Shown: positions 16,293 through 22,943 of the stretch, piece after piece | Layout: every line of letters starts with the position of its first letter | Numbering within the stretch: the first letter of the stretch is position 1 | From: a virus | Taxonomy: Duplodnaviria; Caudoviricetes | Reading direction: 5' to 3' (one strand) | DNA length: 64,000 nucleotides | Virus record (IMG/VR): IMGVR_UViG_3300032305_002044 | Span: 1-64,000 of that record | Made by a program: the position numbers and the translations under genes | The notes under the pieces: model-generated | What the model was told of the DNA's origin: nothing | Database searches by the model: none | The model's input: only the letters and a program-made list of their open reading frames with translations

Positions 16293-17309
16293 TTACAGAC
16301 CAGCAGTCTCGAGCACTGCCTTGCGAATGCGCGACTTCTCGGCATTCACTTGAGCGTCGAACCCACTAGCACTGGCGAGAATACCAGCGTTGGTACCCTT
16401 GCGCCCTAGTCGGTAGTAATCGACACGTTCGGTTAGCGCATTGAGCGCGCCCCAGCCTGTGCCCTTGATACCCGTCTGGGTAGGCCCGCGCCACAATTCC
16501 CACATAGTGTCGACTTTATCGTCGTACTTGGTGAGAACTGCTTTACCAGCAGTCTGGCGATCTGGCGCAGGGTAAAGACCCTCGATGATTTCGCCGAACT
16601 GCTTATCGGTGATAGCCGATTGGAACAGCGCGTTGGCTTCAACCTCGAACTGGTCAAGATAGGTAAACGAGATACCTAGAGCCTCGCGAGCCTGAGCCAC
16701 GCGATCTTGCGCGGTCGCTGTATGGCGAACCTTGAAAGACTGCTTGGTACCCATGCCCAAAGCCATGTTAAGCGTATTCTGGCAAACCACCCGAACTGGC
16801 GTGGTCATAGCCTGAATTGCGCTAGAACCGTCGTGTGAGGTCGTGACCAGTAAGTAAGACTTGGTAACGTCGCCGATACCAGCCTTGTCAAGCACGATGT
16901 CTTTCCCGAGCTTAAGGCTTCCGAATACTGTGCGCCCGTTGCGAATTGCTCCAGCAGACTCCCAGTAACCTCCACCGTCGAGCAGGTTGTCACCGAATGC
17001 GAATAAATCCTCATTCTGGTAGGTGTGGTAACGATCTCCCACGACAGCCAACACGTCTGGCGTGTTGTTGTTCAACACGTCGTTGCGAACCACCATGAAA
17101 CTAGGTGATTTGGTGGTGTAACCCTCGGGCAGGATTACATCCTCTAGTCGGACATCCCAGCCAGATAGCAATGCGCTATCCAACATTTGCGAGGTCGTGA
17201 CGTGTTCATCTTCATCGAAGATGTGCTGAGCCAGACCATGCCATGCAGGCGCGCCACGCAGTGCAAATGCGACGTCGCCATTGGCGTTCATCTCTAAGTC
17301 GTGTGCCAT
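16293..17309 (-). CDS. DUF932-family phage/plasmid protein
   Basis: MAH.LE, PAWHGL, TSHDGS, TPVRVVCQNTL, RHT, GT.WG.LNALTE..D. Confidence 0.9.
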   Translation of the reverse strand: MAHDLEMNANGDVAFALRGAPAWHGLAQHIFDEDEHVTTSQMLDSALLSGWDVRLEDVILPEGYTTKSPSFMVVRNDVLNNNTPDVLAVVGDRYHTYQNEDLFAFGDNLLDGGGYWESAGAIRNGRTVFGSLKLGKDIVLDKAGIGDVTKSYLLVTTSHDGSSAIQAMTTPVRVVCQNTLNMALGMGTKQSFKVRHTATAQDRVAQAREALGISFTYLDQFEVEANALFQSAITDKQFGEIIEGLYPAPDRQTAGKAVLTKYDDKVDTMWELWRGPTQTGIKGTGWGALNALTERVDYYRLGRKGTNAGILASASGFDAQVNAEKSRIRKAVLETAGL

Positions 17310-17390
17310 AAGGCAATCACTCCCAATCTCGTGAGAACCCCTGAATACGTAAGTATCTCTCACGCCAGCCGTTGCTTCTCAACTGTTCCA

Positions 17391-17444
17391 ATAATAAAGT
17401 AGTTATTCGCTCACGAGTTTAGACTTTATGTGATCTACATCACA
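17391..17444 (-). promoter_or_regulatory. Early promoter: CRP-type box 5, 32-bp spacer, -10 TATTAT
   Basis: TGTGA-TCTACA-TCACA at 17429-17444. Confidence 0.75.
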
Positions 17445-17453
17445 CTGGGCCGA

Positions 17454-17525
17454 TGTTTGTGTCGGGCTTTAAAGCCCGATCAGCTTAAAGCTGCTGCGGC
17501 GGCCTTGAAGCCGCCGACACAAACA
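17454..17525. repeat. Multi-hairpin cassette copy 4
   Basis: Same arms; TCGGGC-TTTAAA-GCCCGA, CAGC-TTAAA-GCTG, CGGCGGC-CTTGAA-GCCGCCG. Confidence 0.9.
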
Positions 17526-17537
17526 ATTTTCAAGCGA

Positions 17538-17565
17538 CAAGCCAGCCCCCGTAGGGGCTGGCTTG
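17538..17565 (-). terminator. Hairpin after the DUF4192-like gene
   Basis: CAAGCCAGCCCC/GGGGCTGGCTTG 12-bp stem. Confidence 0.65.
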
Positions 17566-17582
17566 GCTTATTGCTTGCAGGG

Positions 17583-18101
17583 CTAAACCGCACCCTGCAA
17601 ACACTTGTCAATGGGATTATCAGCAAGTGATGCACCCCAAACGTGGGAAGGTACATTGTGCCTTATGGCTATGTCCAGTAGTTGCCAAAGGCTGTATTCG
17701 CCAAAGTCCTCGGTTTCGAGAACGGCGGTTACAGGTTCTTTGTTGTCCTCTAGCCAGTACGAACCTGCCCAGATAGCCAAGATAGCAAGGCGGGCAGTAC
17801 CGTTTGCCTTAGATGCCCAGTCCGCTAGCGTTTCGCGGTAACGCGTTAGGGTTTCCGTATCCTCGGCCACGTGCAACTCGTACATCTTGCGAAGTACCCC
17901 GTCACGTATTCTAATGTCGGCTAGTGATGATGCAGACTTAACGTCAAACTTACTGACTTTGCCTACTTCTAGATGCTCGATAATTCCGTTGAATCTTTCC
18001 AACCTTTTCTCGGGCGTGGTAATGCGTGGCAGGGGTAATTCTTTCCTGCCGTTGTCATTAGCGACTATGGCTAACGCAACTTCTTTTGTCATTGTGTCCA
18101 T
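17583..18101 (-). CDS. DUF4192-like protein
   Basis: SLADIRIRDGVL...YSLWQLL..AI..NVP..W pattern. Confidence 0.5.
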   Translation of the reverse strand: MDTMTKEVALAIVANDNGRKELPLPRITTPEKRLERFNGIIEHLEVGKVSKFDVKSASSLADIRIRDGVLRKMYELHVAEDTETLTRYRETLADWASKANGTARLAILAIWAGSYWLEDNKEPVTAVLETEDFGEYSLWQLLDIAIRHNVPSHVWGASLADNPIDKCLQGAV

Positions 18102-18146
18102 TAGGGACTCCTGTCTCTTTAGCTGAGCGGTTTCTCAACTGTTCCA

Positions 18147-18200
18147 ATAGTAAGCCCATTATTCGCTCAGCAATTTAGACTTTCTGTGATGTACGTCACA
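18147..18200 (-). promoter_or_regulatory. Early promoter: CRP-type box 6, 32-bp spacer, -10 TACTAT
   Basis: TGTGA-TGTACG-TCACA at 18185-18200. Confidence 0.75.
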
Positions 18201-18205
18201 CCGCG

Positions 18206-18288
18206 TTGTTTGTGTCGGGCCTTGAAGCCCGACCCCCTTCGGGGGAATAGCGGATATGGCTTTAAAGCCATATGCCGCCAACACAAAC
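18206..18288. repeat. Multi-hairpin cassette copy 5
   Basis: Same arms; GTCGGGC-CTTGAA-GCCCGAC, CCCC-TTCG-GGGG, ATATGGC-TTTAAA-GCCATAT. Confidence 0.9.
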
Positions 18289-18331
18289 TTTTCTACAGGT
18301 TGTCCACAGGCTGGGGATAACCTGTGGATAG
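18289..18331. promoter_or_regulatory. DnaA-box cluster 2 (three to four boxes)
   Basis: TTTTCTACA 18289, TTGTCCACA 18300, inverted TGGGGATAA 18312 and TGTGGATAG 18323. Confidence 0.75.
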
Positions 18332-18360
18332 CCACCCCGTAGGGAAGTCGGGGTGGCTAT
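18328..18360 (-). terminator. Hairpin at the end of an operon
   Basis: ATAGCCACCCCG/CGGGGTGGCTAT 12-bp stem. Confidence 0.65.
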
Positions 18361-18368
18361 CAGGTTAG

Positions 18369-18533
18369 TTAGACTCGCGCTAGTTGGTTGGCGTCGCACT
18401 CCTCCTCTGTATGGTTGTCTGCCTCATCGGGTAGGAACATCGCATTGCAATAGCGACACTCAAACTCGACACCAATAGTAGGCGCGCCAGGCACGCGGAC
18501 GTAGTGCATTGTCATTTTGCGGTAGTAAGTCAT
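18369..18533 (-). CDS. Small Zn-finger-like protein (54 aa; not in ORF track)
   Basis: FECRYC...H....C; TAATG coupling. Confidence 0.6.
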   Translation of the reverse strand: MTYYRKMTMHYVRVPGAPTIGVEFECRYCNAMFLPDEADNHTEEECDANQLARV

Positions 18534-18706
18534 TAGAAGTCCCACTCATCCTTTAGCTGATCGTGAATTGGCGTGCCGTTTGCCAATAGACGTTGGCGTT
18601 CTTGCTGAGCGTAATACTCGCGTGAATTAACAATTAACACGCGGTATCCGTATCCACCTATGAAAGACACTAGGCAGAGTAACAGGGTGAACCCGTTTAC
18701 AAACAT
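18533..18706 (-). CDS. Small single-pass membrane protein
   Basis: Start reassigned to MFVNG (SD GGAAGG); hydrophobic N-terminus. Confidence 0.6.
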   Translation of the reverse strand: MFVNGFTLLLCLVSFIGGYGYRVLIVNSREYYAQQERQRLLANGTPIHDQLKDEWDF

Positions 18707-18781
18707 AACTTTCCCTTCCGTTATTGGGGCTAGGTAGCCCACCCGATAGCCAACCTTTCGGTTGGCTATCAGGCTAGTCAC

Positions 18782-19114
18782 CTAGACTACGGTGTAGAGA
18801 GTGCCGTCACACTTGACGGTTAGCACACCCTCTAGACCTACCGAGCGGATGCCCTGAACTTTGTCAGTATCGCCCGCCTCAACCTTAGCCTTGCCGATAG
18901 CAACAGCCTTAGTTGAGAGTAGGACATACAAGCCCTTAGCCTCTGCATCATAGGCAGGAGTACCGCCAGCAAGAAACTTGCCGTATGCGTTCGTGGCAAC
19001 CATAGTCGCCACTTCGCCAGTCTTGCGTTTGGTGTAAGTAACACTAAAGAACTTGTTACCCAACCCTTGCAGGAACGCGCGCAACTCGGCGCGTTCTATT
19101 GTTGCCTCACTCAT
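18782..19114 (-). CDS. Hypothetical SH3/Sm-like fold protein
   Basis: FFSVTYTKRKTGEV..M...IRSV pattern. Confidence 0.65.
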   Translation of the reverse strand: MSEATIERAELRAFLQGLGNKFFSVTYTKRKTGEVATMVATNAYGKFLAGGTPAYDAEAKGLYVLLSTKAVAIGKAKVEAGDTDKVQGIRSVGLEGVLTVKCDGTLYTVV

Positions 19115-19169
19115 AGTTAATTCCCTATCTCTTAGAGTGGTTAGCGTTGAGCGGTTGCTCAACTCTTAA

Positions 19170-19223
19170 AGAATACAGTCGTATTTCGCTCACGAGTTTA
19201 GACTTTGTGTGATGTATCTCACA
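19170..19223 (-). promoter_or_regulatory. Early promoter: CRP-type box 7, 32-bp spacer, -10 TATTCT
   Basis: TGTGA-TGTATC-TCACA at 19208-19223. Confidence 0.75.
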
Positions 19224-19424
19224 CGCTCACAATTTGACAAGCCCCTTCTCTCAGGCTATGCACCCCCTACCCCTTAAGCGACACGCCCGAGCGCGTGGGG
19301 CCAGGTGTCACGCTCTGGTAACGAGCTTATTATCGATACAGTAGCCTGATTTGGAGTTGTTTTTAATAGAATAGGATGGTTTTTATCGGGAAAACGGGTT
19401 TGAGGGGATATAAACAATTTTGAT

Positions 19425-19440
19425 TGTGAGCTGGATCACA
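19425..19440. promoter_or_regulatory. CRP/GlxR-type box 8
   Basis: TGTGA-GCTGGA-TCACA. Confidence 0.7.
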
Positions 19441-19533
19441 TTTTTGGCTTTGTGGGCGCGCCAAAGGTGTCAAAGATGTCATAGTTGTATTTTTAAGACG
19501 GACAGGGTTCGACGGGCTAGCTATCATTATTGG

Positions 19534-19758
19534 GTGTTTACTACATGGTTTTTAGAACAGCAAGATAGAACTGATGAAATTGGCAAGGTATCTCGGGTTT
19601 GCTACAGCGATTACAACGCGGGGTGTGCCATGATGTACCGTGATCCTATCGGCTGGGCAGAACACTTCAAGAGTTCACATAGTAAGCATTATGAAAATGT
19701 AAAAAGTGTCTTGGGGGATGCTTATTTAGAGTACATAGCACAGTCAAGCGTAAAATAA
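19534..19758 (+). CDS. YozE-like small helical protein, probably leaderless
   Basis: -10 TATCAT ends 7 nt before the GTG; FTTWF.EQ.DR.D.IG pattern. Confidence 0.55.
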   Translation: MFTTWFLEQQDRTDEIGKVSRVCYSDYNAGCAMMYRDPIGWAEHFKSSHSKHYENVKSVLGDAYLEYIAQSSVK

Positions 19759-19772
19759 GGGACAATAGGAGA

Positions 19773-20000
19773 ATGACAACTCCATACATCAAAGAAATAG
19801 AGGGCGCTAAGCGTCTTTATGGCGTGCGTCATTTCAAATATCCAGTTGACGTAGCTACTTATGAGGATAAAACTAACGTTCCCCATGAGGCCCGCAGTAC
19901 CTGTGGATACTGCAAGACTTTTAAAGACCCACAACACATTGTAGACCACCATAACAACCGCACTAACGTTATGAGTTTGTTTGATGAGGAGAAAAGCTAA
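19773..20000 (+). CDS. Hypothetical Zn-finger-like protein
   Basis: SD AGGAG; CGYC......H. Confidence 0.65.
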   Translation: MTTPYIKEIEGAKRLYGVRHFKYPVDVATYEDKTNVPHEARSTCGYCKTFKDPQHIVDHHNNRTNVMSLFDEEKS

Positions 20001-20299
20001 TGGGAATTACAATTGGCGGAGGCACTCCCTCACCACCACCTGATAGGTCATCAGACTCATCTCGTAAAATTGAGATTAGAGGAAAAGGCGTTTCAAGCGG
20101 TTCCCCAGAACCATCTAAAATGCCTGCATCTGGAGACCATTTAAAAACTACTGATGCTGAAAAAGCAGCACAGACATGCGACACCTGTAAAGGCCCGTAT
20201 AGAGATAAGTCTGGAATAAAAGGTCCTGAAACCATAAAGGGCGGCGTTAGTACTAAAACCTGTAGGTCATGCGCAAAATCAGCTCGGAAAAAATCATGA
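20000..20299 (+). CDS. Hypothetical protein with CxxC pairs
   Basis: CDTC...CRSC; coupled ORF. Confidence 0.6.
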   Translation: MGITIGGGTPSPPPDRSSDSSRKIEIRGKGVSSGSPEPSKMPASGDHLKTTDAEKAAQTCDTCKGPYRDKSGIKGPETIKGGVSTKTCRSCAKSARKKS

Positions 20300-20321
20300 A
20301 GATTAATGAGGAAAAAAGCTA

Positions 20322-20807
20322 ATGGCTATTGATTCAGGACCTCAGTTTATAGGCATGCCTATTGGGCGTATCGAATCAGATACAAGCGACCTTCCTGTAG
20401 AACGACACGGTGTCCGCAACAATAATCCTTATTTCTATAACGAAACTGGTAAACAACACAGAATTGCTATTAGGCCTTTAAAGAGTGATCCACAAGATGA
20501 AAGCAAGCCTAACCCTGATTTTATTGCTGCAATGAACTGGGAACCAAAAGACAGCACCTTTATGCAAAAACAGCGCCCAGATGATTCTTGGCCTACTAAA
20601 GCAGGGGAAATTAACGACATCTGGACCAGGGATGACCACAGACGTAAAGGTCTAGCTACTTTCATGTACGGCTATGCAAAGAAAATGTCAGAGTCAGACC
20701 CTACAGTTGCACCACCAGTACATAGCACCCACCTATCCGACGCAGGTGAAAAATGGGCAAAGAGCACTGGTGACCCAGTACCTAAAAGAAAGTACAAGAA
20801 CTACTAA
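20322..20807 (+). CDS. GNAT-family acetyltransferase
   Basis: I..IWT..DHRRKGLAT.M (acetyl-CoA motif A); HS..LS..G..WA. Confidence 0.75.
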   Translation: MAIDSGPQFIGMPIGRIESDTSDLPVERHGVRNNNPYFYNETGKQHRIAIRPLKSDPQDESKPNPDFIAAMNWEPKDSTFMQKQRPDDSWPTKAGEINDIWTRDDHRRKGLATFMYGYAKKMSESDPTVAPPVHSTHLSDAGEKWAKSTGDPVPKRKYKNY

Positions 20808-21220
20808 TGGCAATTGATAAAGGACAGCAATTTAGTTATTCTGACATTGAAAACGCGCACCCAAATATGGTTGATGAAGGCCTTGAAGACGCTGTAAGAG
20901 CTTTAGCTAATGGTAAAGAAGGTAATTCTTTTGGGGAACATTCCGACCCTCCAGAAAATTACGAACTCCGCAATGTACCTATTTCAAAAATTTCACAATA
21001 TATAAAATACGATGATTCAGACCCTCGTATGAGACGGGCTGCTATGGGGTACAAGAATGAAGACCAAGTTCCACCAACTGTTTTAGTAAACCAAGCTGGT
21101 ATGCATGAAATTGCTGATGGGCACCATCGTATTGCAGCAGCCACACATGTAGGGCTTACCCATGTACCAGCGTATGTTGCAGATAGTTTTGAAGAACGCC
21201 CTCATCCAGGATTTGAGTAA
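20807..21220 (+). CDS. ParB/Srx N-terminal-domain protein
   Basis: PP.VL...EIADGHHRIAAA..G...VPAYV. Confidence 0.8.
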   Translation: MAIDKGQQFSYSDIENAHPNMVDEGLEDAVRALANGKEGNSFGEHSDPPENYELRNVPISKISQYIKYDDSDPRMRRAAMGYKNEDQVPPTVLVNQAGMHEIADGHHRIAAATHVGLTHVPAYVADSFEERPHPGFE

Positions 21221-21383
21221 ACATGAACATCAACGAACTGCACAAGCTACACATGGATAGGCTAGTAAAGTCATTCGGTGTAAGTACCGCTATGTCCGCG
21301 TTTCGAGATGATCGGGCTGCACGCGCATTAGGCAACCACTACTCAGAAGATGGCTCACACAACACTGATAGGTCTGAGTACTA

Positions 21384-21773
21384 ATGGCTAAGAAAAACAA
21401 ACCCCGCGTAGAAAAAAACGTTAGCTCTGTACGAAGTCTAAAGAGCATGTACCATCCCGATTCAGTCAAATACATGCTTGAAAAAGCTGGTAGCAATCCT
21501 ATTACGCAAGAACAAGCAGAAAAGTATGATCAAGACTGGGCCGCTGGAAAAATAGGCACAACTAAGAGTCAGGCCTCAACTGAAGACATAAGCAACATAA
21601 TGCAAGAAACGCCTAATAACGCTCCTATACGTGGTGCTGCTAGAAGTCCCCAGTTTAAAAAGATACTAGAAAACAGAAACAATGGCGTCCGCGCTGTTGC
21701 CGAGTCTAGTCAAGACCTCCATACAAGTATTATAAACTTACGCATTCCAGGTACTGGAAACAGTCATGTATAA
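21384..21773 (+). CDS. Hypothetical protein
   Basis: ORF on the coding strand. Confidence 0.65.
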   Translation: MAKKNKPRVEKNVSSVRSLKSMYHPDSVKYMLEKAGSNPITQEQAEKYDQDWAAGKIGTTKSQASTEDISNIMQETPNNAPIRGAARSPQFKKILENRNNGVRAVAESSQDLHTSIINLRIPGTGNSHV

Positions 21774-21803
21774 ACTTCAAAATACTAAACAGGGTAAACT
21801 ATA

Positions 21804-21962
21804 ATGGATACACCAAAAGATAAAGCCAACGATATCGCTCGCGTAGTAGACTTGAGTGAGTTTCGTCGTAAGAAGTTTGCCGAAGAAGCTATGACTGCTC
21901 CAGGACCTATGCACCCAGCTGCTCGTGCTAAGAAAAAGCGTGAGGAAGAAGAAAATGAATAA
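21804..21962 (+). CDS. Small protein (52 aa; not in ORF track)
   Basis: MDTPKDKANDIARVVDLSEFRRKK... Confidence 0.55.
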   Translation: MDTPKDKANDIARVVDLSEFRRKKFAEEAMTAPGPMHPAARAKKKREEEENE

Positions 21963-22052
21963 CGATCCTGAAGAAGAAGAGGACTATGAAGAAGATAGTC
22001 CTTGGACTCGCCCATTACGTAGACGTCGTGAACGTGAATTAGAGGACGCATA

Positions 22053-22418
22053 ATGGCTGCAGAACGTGGTCAACAGTTTCCTGAGGAACTATCTATGAGC
22101 TCTAGGCTTGTTGGCCCTAATAGACGAGGGCATACTTTTTTAAGGGTAACAGCTACACACCCAGAGCACGGAGACATTGGTACAATGGCTGTGCTACATG
22201 AAAGTGCTGACCCTGAGTTTGCTGATCAACAAGGGTACATCAGCGGTATGCACGTTGACCCTGACCACCAACGAAAAGGTGTAGCAACCGCAATGGCTAG
22301 ATACGCAACGGAAGAATTAGGCGTTCCACTAGTGCATAGTGAAACTCGTACTGAATCTGGGGATGCTTGGGCTAAATCATGGGGTGGACCTATGCCTCCT
22401 AGACAGGACCCCCAATAA
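22053..22418 (+). CDS. GNAT-family acetyltransferase (paralog)
   Basis: MHVDPDHQRKGVATAM; HS..RT.SG.AWA. Confidence 0.8.
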   Translation: MAAERGQQFPEELSMSSRLVGPNRRGHTFLRVTATHPEHGDIGTMAVLHESADPEFADQQGYISGMHVDPDHQRKGVATAMARYATEELGVPLVHSETRTESGDAWAKSWGGPMPPRQDPQ

Positions 22419-22534
22419 TGCCATTTCAATCTGACTCACAACGCCGCTGGATGTGGTTAAAGCATCCACGCATGGCTTCACAGTGGGAAAAGCACACACC
22501 TAAGGGCGATTTACCCGAAAAGGTTTCTAAGTAA
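22418..22534 (+). CDS. Small phage peptide (38 aa; not in ORF track)
   Basis: MPFQSDSQRRWMW.KHP.MA.QWE; TAATG coupling. Confidence 0.65.
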   Translation: MPFQSDSQRRWMWLKHPRMASQWEKHTPKGDLPEKVSK

Positions 22535-22569
22535 CCTGTACTATAGAAATAGACTTAATAGGAGCTGAC

Positions 22570-22785
22570 ATGGCTAGAAATCTTGGACCTGAACACATTA
22601 GCGGTATGCACCGCGATGAAATGATGGGCGACCAAAAAGATTGTGTTCATTGTGACCCATGGCATGAGCGTTTTATTGATATGCGCACCCAAGAAGAAAA
22701 AGACAACGCAAGCGCAAAATGGCGTAGATCAGGTTCTGATGGTTGGACCGAGGCTTGGGAAGCTAGCCAAAAAGAAAAGAAGTAA
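22570..22785 (+). CDS. Hypothetical protein
   Basis: SD AGGAG. Confidence 0.65.
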   Translation: MARNLGPEHISGMHRDEMMGDQKDCVHCDPWHERFIDMRTQEEKDNASAKWRRSGSDGWTEAWEASQKEKK

Positions 22786-22790
22786 CTTTA

Positions 22791-22943
22791 ATGGCTAAGC
22801 CTTTAGGGATATTTCCCCGTAACGCCAATGTACAATTTAGAAATAATAATGTTGGTATGTTTTCTGGACCGCGTCCTTCTTATCAACGGTATAGCACAAG
22901 TTACGCGGCTCGTGATGTAATTTTAGGAACTGGTGGTATGTAA
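22791..22943 (+). CDS. Small protein (50 aa; not in ORF track)
   Basis: TAATG coupling to the next gene. Confidence 0.5.
   Translation: MAKPLGIFPRNANVQFRNNNVGMFSGPRPSYQRYSTSYAARDVILGTGGM

Noticed and set aside
13762-18288. Hairpin cassettes as a CRISPR array or tRNAs
   Set aside because: Copies are about 0.7-1.2 kb apart with genes between them; there are no constant-length spacers and no acceptor, D or anticodon arm geometry or CCA end
13726-19287. GACAC (WhiA-type) motifs in cassette arms and in CGACACGCC at ~13727 and ~19279
   Set aside because: A 5-mer is too short to call, and half of the arms read AACAC
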